In this document: piece after piece, positions 28,165 to 40,645 of the stretch
Numbering within the stretch: the stretch's first letter is position 1
How the letters are laid out: each line of letters opens with the position of its first letter
NCBI GenBank assembly: GCA_964016885.1
Contig: OZ024754.1
Span: forward strand, 14,260,001-14,324,000
DNA: 64,000 bases
Source of the DNA: Eledone cirrhosa
Lineage: Eukaryota
Direction of reading: 5' to 3'
Translations under genes and position numbers: made by a program
The notes under the pieces: generated by a model
The model's database searches: none
What the model was told of the DNA's origin: nothing
The model's input: only the letters and a program-made list of their open reading frames with translations

Positions 28165-28770
28165 TGTATGTATGTATATGTGTATGTATGTACGTTTGTA
28201 TGTATGTATGTATGTATGTATGTATGTATGTGTAAATGTATGTACGTTTGTATGTATGTATATACGTGTATGTATGTATGTATGTATGTATGTATGTATG
28301 TATGTATGTATGTATGTATGTATATGTGTTTGTATGTATGTATGTATGTATCTATGTATGTATGTATGTGTATGGTTTTGATGGTTTTGTTAAAATTGTA
28401 TTTCACTGTCGTCTTCAATAAACTTTAGTGTTTATTTCACATACATCAACTACCCCGCCCCACCCAGACACAGCAAATGTGTAGAAATATGAAGATGTGG
28501 AACTGCATGATGAAATTGATACCTATATAATTGGAAAATTACATTCCTGCAGTACCTGCTGCTGTATATATACGTGTATACACTCACACATACACACAAA
28601 CACATATAATTATATACATATATAAACATATATATATATATATATAAATTTTGAGTATATGCTGGTTGTTCACCGACACCTCAGAATGCAGATTGGAGCA
28701 CTCGACGGAGTGCGCAGGTTGGTTTGGTTACTCCGGAGTAATGTAAAATAAAATAATATATATATATATA

Positions 28771-29080
28771 ATTCGTTTTTGATTTGTTCTGCGAGATTTC
28801 TTATCTGAAAACGCGTGTTGAAACAGATATTGTTATACTTTGGGAGGGTCATGTTTCCAATAAAGACACAGGCACCTGTTTATTTTCACTTCAATCTATT
28901 ATAAGTTTCCGGTTGGTTGGTCGGTTGGTTGGTTCGATAACCGGGAGGTTGTTTATATATTTATCAAATCTCTTTCGTCACCGATTCTGTGACCTCCTCA
29001 GTGACTATGTTTTTTATTTTGTGAGTCTCCTTTGTTTCGTCCTACACCATCTTTCCTCAAAAACAAGGATAACAATACAT
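28771..29080 (-). mobile_element. Solo PLE pseudo-LTR with hammerhead (28963-29005); related ends at 31213-31330 and 53516-53560
   Basis: GTCA-CTGAGGA-GGTCAC..GTGAC-GAAA-GAGA-TT-TGAT. Homologous to 33450-33665. Confidence 0.65.
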
Positions 29081-29089
29081 ATATATTGA

Positions 29090-29885
29090 CCAGGAGGGAT
29101 CGAAATCCCCTTGTCGAAATAGATACGAGAGCTGGGAATAGACATGCATCTTTTTCTCCACACATCATGAGGGTGGCGACAATGTGCAAATGACTCGCTG
29201 GCTGGATCTTGAGGACTTTCCAGGCAAGAGACCAAGAGACCATGTTGATACTATGGAGGACATTCATCCTAGCCACCTGGACTATTTATTGCTCCCAGCT
29301 GTGGTCACTCCATAGTATCAAAGTAACCACGGAGACTGAGGCAATCCAACGAAGCTACGCCAAGAGGATTGCGACGATGAAGGAGATAAGCTACTGGGAG
29401 AGGCAAAACGAACTGAAACTCTACTCCTTGAAACGAAAACGGGAGAGATACGCAGTGATATACATATGGAAAATCCTGGAGGGACTAGCACCAAACTTTG
29501 GCATTGAGAGCTGGACCAACCGCCGATCAGGACGTCACTGTGTGGTGCCAAAGGTCCCGTCTTCCACATCTAGAATAAGGAGCAGATATTACAATAGCCT
29601 GGGGTTGAAATACCCTCAACTCCTCAACAAACTGCCAAGGAACTTGAGAGATCTGCATGGTGTGGATGAGGATGTTTTCAAGAAACATCTCGACACCCTG
29701 CTATCCAGGATCCCGGATGAGCCCACAGCAAGGCTCGAGGGAAACCTAAGGGCAGCAGCAATGAACTCCCCCTTGCACCAGTGGCCAACCAACACTGGCT
29801 GGAGATAGAATGTGTAGCAACAAGGGCGGTACTCCAGCATGGCCTCAGCCGGATGGCAGAAACAGGTAAAAGAATAAAAGAGTAT
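29090..29885 (+). pseudogene. 3' end of a CR1/L2-group LINE (post-RT C-terminal region)
   Basis: ILRTF..R...YCSQLWS...EAIQR...SYWER..ELKLYSL..RRERY motif pattern. Confidence 0.75.
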
Positions 29886-29897
29886 ATATATACATGA

Positions 29898-30418
<521 letters not shown>

Positions 30419-30428
30419 ATATATATAC

Positions 30429-30692
30429 AATAGCAAAAGAGCTCGTCGTTGCCGTGCACACCTTTAGCCACTGTAAATAAGACCCCCCCCCCATCTCATC
30501 AAAAGGGACGTCTTTAAATAGCCCCAGAACTCTGCTATTTTAGAGAAGAGCAATATTTAAGCATTATGTTGATATCCTCTGGGAGCTAAATAACATAGGT
30601 ATCACATTTGAACAAAATTGGATGGAAACTGTGGAAATGCATCGCCTGCATACAGACAGACAGACAGACATATAGATTTATTTATATGAGAT
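30429..30692 (-). mobile_element. Non-autonomous Helitron-like remnant
   Basis: Reverse complement starts ATCTC-ATATAAATAAA, then (TGTC)n, and ends in a GC-rich segment followed by CTATT (a degenerate CTAGT). Confidence 0.45.
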
Positions 30693-30694
30693 TT

Positions 30695-31133
30695 TGTGGA
30701 GAGCCTTCGTATCGGCCATACAGCCAAGGAAATCATTGAATGGTTTAAATACCATAAAACCATGGTCTACGACCCTGCATAGGCATATGGGGCCTCAGAC
30801 GACAAGGACAATTAGAGGCTAGAACGCAAGACTCACAAGAAGCCCTCTGGCACCACCAGGTCGCCCGAATTCGTCCTCGACGGTCTCCATCTTGACGCCA
30901 ACGGCTACCTGAGGCTCCTGGACGAGTACGTGAAGTCCTGGACGGACATAGTGGCTAATGGGACGACAACATGCACAGGGACACCGTCGCCAAGTCCTGC
31001 TCCAGCCTCCGGTCTCGCCCGGAGAAAATGGTTGCAGCCGATGGTGGCCACATCAAGTGATCTTTGTACATTATACATGTGCCTAACTGTATAAAGTTTA
31101 ATTGAAATATATTAATCTGTTATGTAAAATACG

Positions 31134-31138
<5 letters not shown>
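30695..31138 (+). pseudogene. Deleted Tc1/mariner-superfamily transposase remnant
   Basis: C-terminus AKSCSSLRSRPEKMVAADGGHIK* matches the typical transposase end. Confidence 0.55.
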
Positions 31139-31215
<77 letters not shown>

Positions 31216-31442
31216 TTTCTGAATTTGTTTAGCAAGATTCTTTATCTGAAATCGTGTGTTGAAACCGATATTGTTATACTTTGGTGCGTGTGTTTCTTAT
31301 TGGCAACATGACCCTCCCAAAGTATAACAATATATATATATATATATATATGTAGGAGGTGAGTTTTATTGTAGTACAATAAAGCAATGCAGATATCGGA
31401 TAAGAAGCACTCTACAGTTTGTAGGACTGGAGTATAAATAAT

Positions 31443-31699
31443 ATATAAGATCAAAAGATGGTTAAAAGAGTTCCATGTATTTTATTATGCGCATTTCAAA
31501 AACAAATATCATCATGCGATGACATTAGCGTTTTCGTTGATTTAAAACTGCACTATTCACAAGTGGATTTTAACCTTCATATCATGTCTCCCTATTTTAT
31601 CTGACGAAAACGCAAATGTTATTGCATGATGATATTTGTTTTTGAAATGCGCATAATAAAATACATGGAACTCTTTTAACCATCTTTTGATCTTATATA
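31443..31699 (+). mobile_element. Family F fold-back element; hammerhead at 31593-31663; inverted arm truncated inside the core
   Basis: TATTTTAT-CTGACGA-..-GAAA-TGCGCA-TA-ATAAAATA. Confidence 0.8.
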
Positions 31700-31714
31700 A
31701 TATATATATATATA

Positions 31715-31928
31715 TATTCATTTTATTAAGGCAGAATAATGAGTCTTGTTACTGTAGAGTTTCGCCTGTTTATCACAGGGCCATCAGATAACAACTTCTT
31801 GTCTGGTGACCATGAGATAAATAGGCGAAATTCCAGAATAACAAGATTTACTATTCAGCTTTAATAAAATGAATATTAAAACTCTACATCGGTATTGAGT
31901 ACTCCTTTCTCTCAGTCGTCAACCACAT

Positions 31929-31932
<4 letters not shown>
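31715..31932. mobile_element. Older fold-back element with two degenerate, divergently oriented hammerheads (31797-31846 on +, 31744-31790 on -)
   Basis: TCTTGT-CTGGTGA..GGC-GAAA-TTCCAGAA-TA-ACAAGA. Confidence 0.55.
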
Positions 31933-31959
<27 letters not shown>

Positions 31960-32148
31960 ACGGAGGAAATGTGGTAGGGAACCAGGTGGACCATAACGCA
32001 CCAAAGTACTCAATACTTAGGGTAGTAGAGTGGGTAATAGGAACGAGTAGGACCTCGACGGCTGAGCTCAAGCCGTTTCGACGGCTAATTCTGGACCAGA
32101 ATTAGCCGTCGAAACGGCTTGAGCTCAGCCGTCGGGGTCCTACTCGTT

Positions 32149-32199
<51 letters not shown>

Positions 32200-32200
32200 C

Positions 32201-32233
<33 letters not shown>

Positions 32234-32470
32234 TTGTGTGTGTGTAATACTTCTGAAAAAAATGGTGATATTCCCCCCCCCCCCCTTTCAAAGTAGTAGA
32301 GAGATTGAGTTGACACTTCCATCCCTCATCTCACTTCTCTTCCATCCAGCCCAGACTCTTTCCACTTACATTCTTTAGCAGTTGTAAGAGATGTAAGACA
32401 TTCCAGAATATTCTAACAAAGACTCCTATACTCGAATCCTTGTCAGCGACGCTCTTTCTTCAGATCGTCA

Positions 32471-32541
<71 letters not shown>

Positions 32542-32562
32542 GTGTGTATATATATATGTATG

Positions 32563-32655
<93 letters not shown>

Positions 32656-32664
32656 ATATATATG

Positions 32665-32696
<32 letters not shown>

Positions 32697-32724
32697 ATGT
32701 AAGCCCAAATCTCACATTTGGGGG

Positions 32725-32758
<34 letters not shown>

Positions 32759-32759
32759 G

Positions 32760-32821
<62 letters not shown>

Positions 32822-33122
32822 TAAACGGAATAGAAAATGCTGACAAATTGTTCCCAGTGAAAAATAGTTTAATTAGGAATAAGTGAGAATTAGTAATAGT
32901 ATTGGTTAGTATTCAGTTTTGGTTTTAAGTTTTACCGGTTGCGTATTTATAAATGCTTTTCAAAAATAATAAAACTTAAAACCAAAACTGAATACTAACC
33001 AATACTTATTACTAATTCCCACTTATTCCTAATTAAACTATTTTTCACTGTGAACAATTTGTCAGCATTTTCCATTCCGTTTACCGATATATAATAACTT
33101 GTGTGTTATACGTCTATTCTTT

Positions 33123-33160
<38 letters not shown>

Positions 33161-33449
33161 AGCAACGTGAAATAAAGTGTCTTGCTCAAGGACATAACAC
33201 ATCGCCCGGTCCAGGAATCGAACTCACAGCCTCAAGATTATGAATCCAATTCTCTAACCACTCATATATATATAAAGGCGTGTGGCTGAGTGGTTAGAGA
33301 ATTGGATTCATAATCTTGAGGCTGTGAGTTTGATTCCTGGACCGGGCGATGCGTTATGTCCTTGAGCAAGACACTTTATTTCACGTTGCTCCTCCTACCT
33401 GGAGTTGCGACCGATAGATAGTATTAGCAATTGGAAAGACCAATATATA

Positions 33450-34230
33450 TATTGTTATACTTTGGGAGGGTCATGCTGCCAATAAAACACATGCACCTGT
33501 TGGTTTTCACTTCAATTTATTACAAATTTCTGATTGGTTGGTTGGTTCAATAACCGCATAGTTGTTTATATATTGTCAAAGCTCTTTCGTCACACATTCT
33601 GTGACCTCCCCAGTGACTGATTTGTTACGTTGTGTCTTTGCTTCGTTCTGTCCTACGCCATCTTGTTTTTGTTTGTTGTGTGCTGTGTACTTGGTTTGCG
33701 CATGCGTTATATCCGGGTGTGTATGATGTGTGTTTATTTATGTTTATTTACTTGTCACTAGCTGGTTGCTTGTTCTATCTGTGTGTATCTGGTTTGCTTT
33801 ATTAATTTGGTTCTTATGTGCGTCTGTATATCTTCAGTTTGTCCTTAATGACTAGTTGTGATGTTCTTGCTATTCCACTCATGTTTTCTGTTTAATTTTG
33901 GTTTGAGTTCGTTTATGTTTGTAGCTTCTGTAATTTGTCTGAACATTGCTCTTTTCTGTGTGTGTCTATAATTTTGATCTCCATTTTTCTAGTGTGCCTC
34001 CGTGTTCCATTTTGTCTTGTTGGTGGAGTACTGATGAGTGTTCCCATTTTGGAGTTCTTCCAAGTGTTTATTTACTCTTTCTCCTATGTTACGGGCTGTC
34101 TCACTTATGTAAGTTGTGCTCTTATTCCTGCAGTGTCCCTCAGTACATCTTATGTTACATAATTTGTTCACTAATCGGAATTGCACAGTCTGCAAATTAA
34201 GCCGACAAACCAACTGCAACAATAGGAACG
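33450..34230 (-). mobile_element. 5'-truncated Penelope-like element: GIY-YIG remnant plus pseudo-LTR with mutated hammerhead (33575-33617)
   Basis: ORF 33989-34222 contains C....C....YISETARNIGERVNKH. HHR reads GTCA-CTGGGGA-GGTCAC..GTGAC-GAAAGAGCTT-TGAC. Confidence 0.75.
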
Positions 34231-35585
34231 TTTCTGCTAATAATAATAATTGTTTCTACTTTTGGCACAAGGCCAGCAATTACCCCAGTGTATTACTGGT
34301 ACTTTATTTTATCGAACCCGTAAGAATGAAAGGCAAAGTTAACCTCGGCGGGATTTGAACTCAGAATGGCAAGGGCCGTAACTCTATGCGTCAAAGCATG
34401 GCGTCCGACCCTCTACCGAATCTGCCAATCCACCGTTTCTGCTAATAATAATTGTTTCTACCTTTGGCACAAGGCCAGCAATTACCCAGTACATTACTGG
34501 TACTTTATTTTATCGACCCCGTAAGGATGAAAGGCAAAGTTACCCTCGGCGGGATTTGAACTCAGAATGGCAAGGGCCGTAACTCTATGCGTCAAAGCAT
34601 GGCGTCCGACCCTCTACCGATACTGCCAATCCACCGTTTCTGCTAATAATAATTGTTTCTACCTTTGGCACAAGGCCAGCAATTACCCAGTACATTACTG
34701 GTACTTTATTTTATCGACCCCGTAAGGATGAAAGGCAAAGTTACCCTCGGCGGGATTTGAACTCAGAATGGCAAGGGCCGTAACTCTATGCGTCAAAGCA
34801 TGGCGTCCGACCCTCTACCGATACTGCCAATCCACCGTTTCTGCTAATAATAATTGTTTCTTACCTTTGGCACAAGGCCAGCAATTACCCAGTACATTAC
34901 TGGTACTTTACTTTATCGACCCCGTAAGGATGAAAGGCAAAGTTACCCTCGGCGGGATTTGAACTCAGAATGGCAAGGGCCGTAACTCTATGCGTCAAAG
35001 CATTGCGTCCGACCCTCTACCGATACTGCCAATCCACCGTTTCTGCTAATAATAATTGTTTCTACCTTTGGCACAAGGCCAGCAATTACCCAGTACATTA
35101 CTGGTACTTTATTTTATCGACCCCGTAAGGATGAAAGGCAAAGTTACCCTCGGCGGGATTTGAACTCAGAATGGCAAGGGCCGTAACTCTATGCGTCAAA
35201 GCATGGCGTCCGACCCTCTACCGAATCTGCCAATCCACCGTTTCTGCTAATAATAATAATTGTTTCTTACCTTTGGCACAAGGTCAGCAATTACCCAGTA
35301 CATTACTGGTACTTTATTTTATCGACCCCGTAAGGATGAAAGGCAAAGTTACCCTCGGCGGGATTTGAACTCAGAATGGCAAGGGCCGTAACTCTATGCG
35401 TCAAAGCATGGCGTCCGACCCTCTACCGATACTGCCAATCCACCGTTTCTGCTAATAATAATTGTTTCTTACCTTTGGCACAAGGTCAGCAATTACCCAG
35501 TGTATTACTGGTACTTTATTTTATCGACCTCGTAAGGATGAAAGGCAAAGTTACCCTCGGCGGGATTTCTGCTAATAATAATAAT
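34231..35585 (-). mobile_element. Head-to-tail array of OK-like SINEs (6 full, 1 truncated; period 201-205 bp)
   Basis: Units start at 34231, 34436, 34637, 34838, 35040, 35241 and 35446, each with TTTCTGCTAATAATAAT. Confidence 0.92.
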
Positions 35586-35673
35586 ATATGTATATGTCAA
35601 ACGTGGGCGGGGGTAGTGGTGATAAACTAAGCGACGGGTTAGAACTATCACCTAGCGTTAGTACTGTCTGAAA

Positions 35674-35758
35674 GTGTGTGTGTGTTTGTGTGTATGTGTG
35701 TTTGTGTGTGTGTTTGTGTGTGTGTGTGTGTTTGTGTGTGTGTTTGTGTGTGTGTTTG

Positions 35759-35814
<56 letters not shown>

Positions 35815-35900
35815 TGTGTGTATGTGTGTGTTTGTGTTTGTGTGTGTGTTTGTGTGTGTGTTTGTGTGTTTGTGTGTGTGTGTGTTTGTGTGTGTGTGTT

Positions 35901-35946
<46 letters not shown>

Positions 35947-35950
35947 TGTT

Positions 35951-36048
<98 letters not shown>

Positions 36049-36244
36049 TGTGTGTGTTGGTGTGTGTGTTTGTGTGTATGTGTGTTTGTGTGTGTGTTTG
36101 TTTGTGTGTGTTGGTGTGTGTGTTTGTGTGTGTGTGTTTTTGTGTGTGCGTGTGTGTGTGTGTGTGTGTTTGTGTGTATGTGTGTGTTTGTGTTTGTGTG
36201 TGTGTTTGTGTGTGTTGGTGTGTGTGTTTGTGTTTGTGTGTATG

Positions 36245-36343
<99 letters not shown>

Positions 36344-36368
36344 GTGTTTGTGTGTGTGTGTTTCTGAG

Positions 36369-36411
<43 letters not shown>

Positions 36412-36438
36412 TTGTGTGTGTGTATGTGTGTTTGTGTG

Positions 36439-36489
<51 letters not shown>

Positions 36490-36512
36490 TTGTGTGTGTG
36501 TGTTTGTGTGTT

Positions 36513-36563
<51 letters not shown>

Positions 36564-36570
36564 TTGTTTG

Positions 36571-36621
<51 letters not shown>

Positions 36622-36645
36622 GTGTGTGTTAGTGTGTGTGTGTGT
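35674..36645. repeat. Interrupted (TG)n microsatellite, about 1 kb
   Basis: Direct inspection. Confidence 0.95.
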
Positions 36646-37144
36646 GAGAGAGCGAGAGAGAGCAGAAACAACACGCTATCCTGGTATGAGCTATAGGAAA
36701 CATTTGATAACTAGTATGATGACTTCATCATCACGTTCCAAGATGACATGTTAATTTAGATGTATATGACGGTGGTGGTGGTGGTGGTGGTGGTGGTGGT
36801 GGTATGGCTGGGAGGTGGTGGTGGTGGTGGTGGTGGTGGTATGACTGGGAGGTGATGGTGGCGGTGGTGGTGGTGGTGCAATGACTGGGAGGTGATGGTG
36901 GTGGTGGTGAGGATGGAGGGTAAGGAAGGAATGAAGGCCATTTCTTTCAAAATTTGCTGACCTTCGGGAATTGCTCAGACATACATAGGTCACCACGCAT
37001 ACACACACATATATATACACATATATATGTAGGTATGTATTTATATATATATATACACACGCACACATATATAGTGAGTATATTTGTATGAGTTTGTTTT
37101 AACGTATGTTTCTCCTATCTCTTCTCCCCCCTCTCTCTCTCTCT

Positions 37145-37224
<80 letters not shown>

Positions 37225-37233
37225 TATATATAC

Positions 37234-37379
<146 letters not shown>

Positions 37380-38241
37380 GCACACACACACACACAATGG
37401 CACACATATGCCACGTGTGAGTGTGGTAACAATTTACTGATGTATTATTACGTATACCACATAAAATATGGTGGACAATTTGTTAAAACCCTCCCACTCC
37501 CTCTACTCCCACTAATTTTTGTTTTACAATTAAGAAAAAGAATAATAAACAATCTGACGAAACTGCAGTATTTTCAAACAGATGTAGTAGTTATGTCCCT
37601 TTTTTTTTCTAGTTGCTTTTAGTTTTGTTATATTCCTCTTGTTGATGACATTACTGTATTATGTGGTGGCTCTGACATGTGTCCCGTATCTTGTATTGTT
37701 AAAAGACGTCTGCTTCACACTAATACAAACATTACTGTCACCCCCCCCTCTCTCTCTCTCATACACACATATATATACAGACAGATATACATATATATAT
37801 GTATGTGTATATATATATAACGAAGGAAATGTGGTGAGGAACCAGGTGGACCATAACACACCAAAGTACTCAATACTTAGGGTAGTAGAGTAGGAACGAG
37901 TAGGACCCCGACGGCTGAGCTCAAGCCGTTTCTACGGCTAATTCTGGACTGAGCCGTCGAAACGGCTTGAGCTCAGCCGTCGGGGTCCTACTCGTGTGTA
38001 TATATATATATATATATATAGTAATAATAATAAATTTGAAGACTAAAATCCAAAGAGGGCTCGATAAGGATAAATATACATAAAAAATATAAGAACCGTA
38101 GAGCAAATATTTATTAAAATAACAGATTAAAGTTTAAACAAAGAATCGCTGCTTTCACCCTTAACGGGATCTTCTGATATATTCTGCAATGTATTGAGTA
38201 CCTCACTTACTGTGGTTACCTCCGATTCAACCCGGAATAAC

Positions 38242-38290
<49 letters not shown>

Positions 38291-38497
38291 AACGAGTAGG
38301 ACCCCGACAGCTGAGCTCAAGCCGTTTCGACGGTTAATTCTGGACAGAATTAGCCGTCGAAACGGCTTGAGCTCAGCCGTCGGGGTCCTACTCGTTCCTA
38401 TTAACCACTCTACTACCCTAAGTATTGAGTACTTTGGTGCGTTATGGTCCACCTGGTTCCTTACCACATTTCCTCCGTTATATATATATATATATAT

Positions 38498-38534
<37 letters not shown>

Positions 38535-38810
38535 CTCTCTCTCTCTATTTTTTCTCCCCTTTCCCTGTGACTTTCTCTCCATCTACCTATCTATCTATCT
38601 ATCTATCTTGATAGAGTAAGACACGCTTCGCATCGGCTCCGCTATTCCATCGGGATTTACCCTTACTATTGTAAGTACCGGATAAATTTTTTAGTGCAAC
38701 ACATTTGGAACACTAACCCCTGTTATTTAGGGAAACATTTTTGCATTTACCCCCTTTTTAGGGGGTAAAATAAATATCTATTTTTGCTGAAAAATTTCTT
38801 TCTTGGCAGC

Positions 38811-40640
38811 ATGGCGGAAAAGATGGCAGACATGTCTGCCATTAGCTCTGCCACGCCCCCCAAGTCTGAAGAACAAAAAATAATTACAACAAAATTAGAC
38901 ATTGAAACAAACAAACAAAATGAAAAAAACAAATGTTAAGGAAAATGAGCAAACAGAAAACAAACAAACAGAAAATAATACAAATAACGACAGGGCAACT
39001 TTCGCCCAGAAAACAAAACAATCCATTACATACACACCAATTGACCTAACTGCCGCCAGAGAAAAACTGGCCGAAGCAAAGAAACACATTGTTTTGGGGG
39101 AGAACGGAATGTTTTCCATTAACTCCCCCCCAGAATTCAAGAAAGCCAGAGCAGAAAACACAGTTCTATACAGAACTATACTGAACCAGACAAGAAAGCC
39201 AGCACAGCCCAGCCAAATGGAAATAGAGTTAGTCCTAAAAGACTATATGAAGAATATTCTCTTCATACGAAAGGACCGACTCTATGGCAGCATTTCGGTC
39301 CTAACAAGAGACAAAGAAACGGCGGAGAAGCTTTCCCTAAGCCCACTCTCGTCGACAACATATAGCTTCTATCCCTCCTACATGGGTAGAAGAACACAGA
39401 GAGTAAAAGTAAAAACAATGCTGCCCACAATGGACTTCTGGTGGGCTATTGCTGGCTTCATTGATATGGGCGAAGACACTATGCTGTCAATGGGGAAGGC
39501 AACTGGAGATGCGTTCCTGGGAATGGGCCTCGACATACTAGTCCAAATGAGGCCCGAAAGAATAGCACAAATCCCGGATCGCATCTGGCTGGATGACCTT
39601 ACCCCAATAGACATAATTGTAGAGGGGAGAAGACCAGCATGCTATTTATGCATGGAAAGGGGACACGTTAAGGCTAACTGCCCGAAACGTATCCCCCAAA
39701 AAGGACTATTGCCCACACCCACCACAAACAGTACACCAGCACCACCCACCTCCAAAAATACACTAATACCACACACAGCAAACAAAATACAGACACCACC
39801 AACCACAAACACAACACAAACATCACCAGCACCAAACACAAGCACGACACAAAAATCACCACCACCAACCACAACACAAACATCACCACCACCATCACCA
39901 ACCACAAGCACGACACAAACATTACCACCACCACCACCACAAAACCCATTCCAAACAAATAATAAAAAAAACAGTAACAAATCTACCCCTCCCGCAAAAA
40001 AAAACAACCACACAACACGTCCCTCCCACCTAGCGCTGAAGAGTTTCCCCCAACTTCTGAAGAAGAAGGAGGAGAAGCCTTCAGACAAGTTAAAAGAAAA
40101 AAAAGAAAACACACACCCAGCACACCACAAATAACCCACACACAAACACCAACTCCAATCAAAAACACCCCACCCTCAACAAACAAAAATAAATCTGCGC
40201 CTCCCCTCTCCGAAACATTGACAGCATCACAAAAAAAGACGTTGCAATACACATATATAAATAAAGAAAACAAAAAACTGGTTAAATTAATAAACAATAA
40301 CCCTATGGTGCAGACCGAAGGGCCAAACTTTATCTCAACAGAGAACTTCACCCATTTAAAAATGATAAAGGTCCCTCTGGACCTTTATCGTTCCTTAAAA
40401 GAACAATTTAGACGGGACGTGAGCCCCCCCTGTTTAAAACCGTTGAATCGCGTCCTCTTGAAAGATTTCCCCATAACCGCCCCTCTCCCTGACACAACTC
40501 CAAATACCCCAACCCCACCACACACGTGTACCCCCACACCACCACAAAACATCCCTCCACCCAACACACCTGATGCCATGGAAATTACGCAACCCGGAGA
40601 GGTAAGTGCTTTTCTTTCTTCACTTTCAACACCAAAATAG
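38811..40640 (+). CDS. ORF1 nucleic-acid-binding protein (main frame 38902-40134; probable frameshifts near 38920 and 40130)
   Basis: CX2CX4HX4C knuckle CYLCMERGHVKANC and a Pro/Thr-rich tail. Confidence 0.75.
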
Positions 40641-40645
40641 ATCAA

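Noticed and set aside
28800-28840. CTGAAAA..GAAAC motif on +
   Set aside because: Core and stems do not fit; the convincing HHR of this element is on the - strand.
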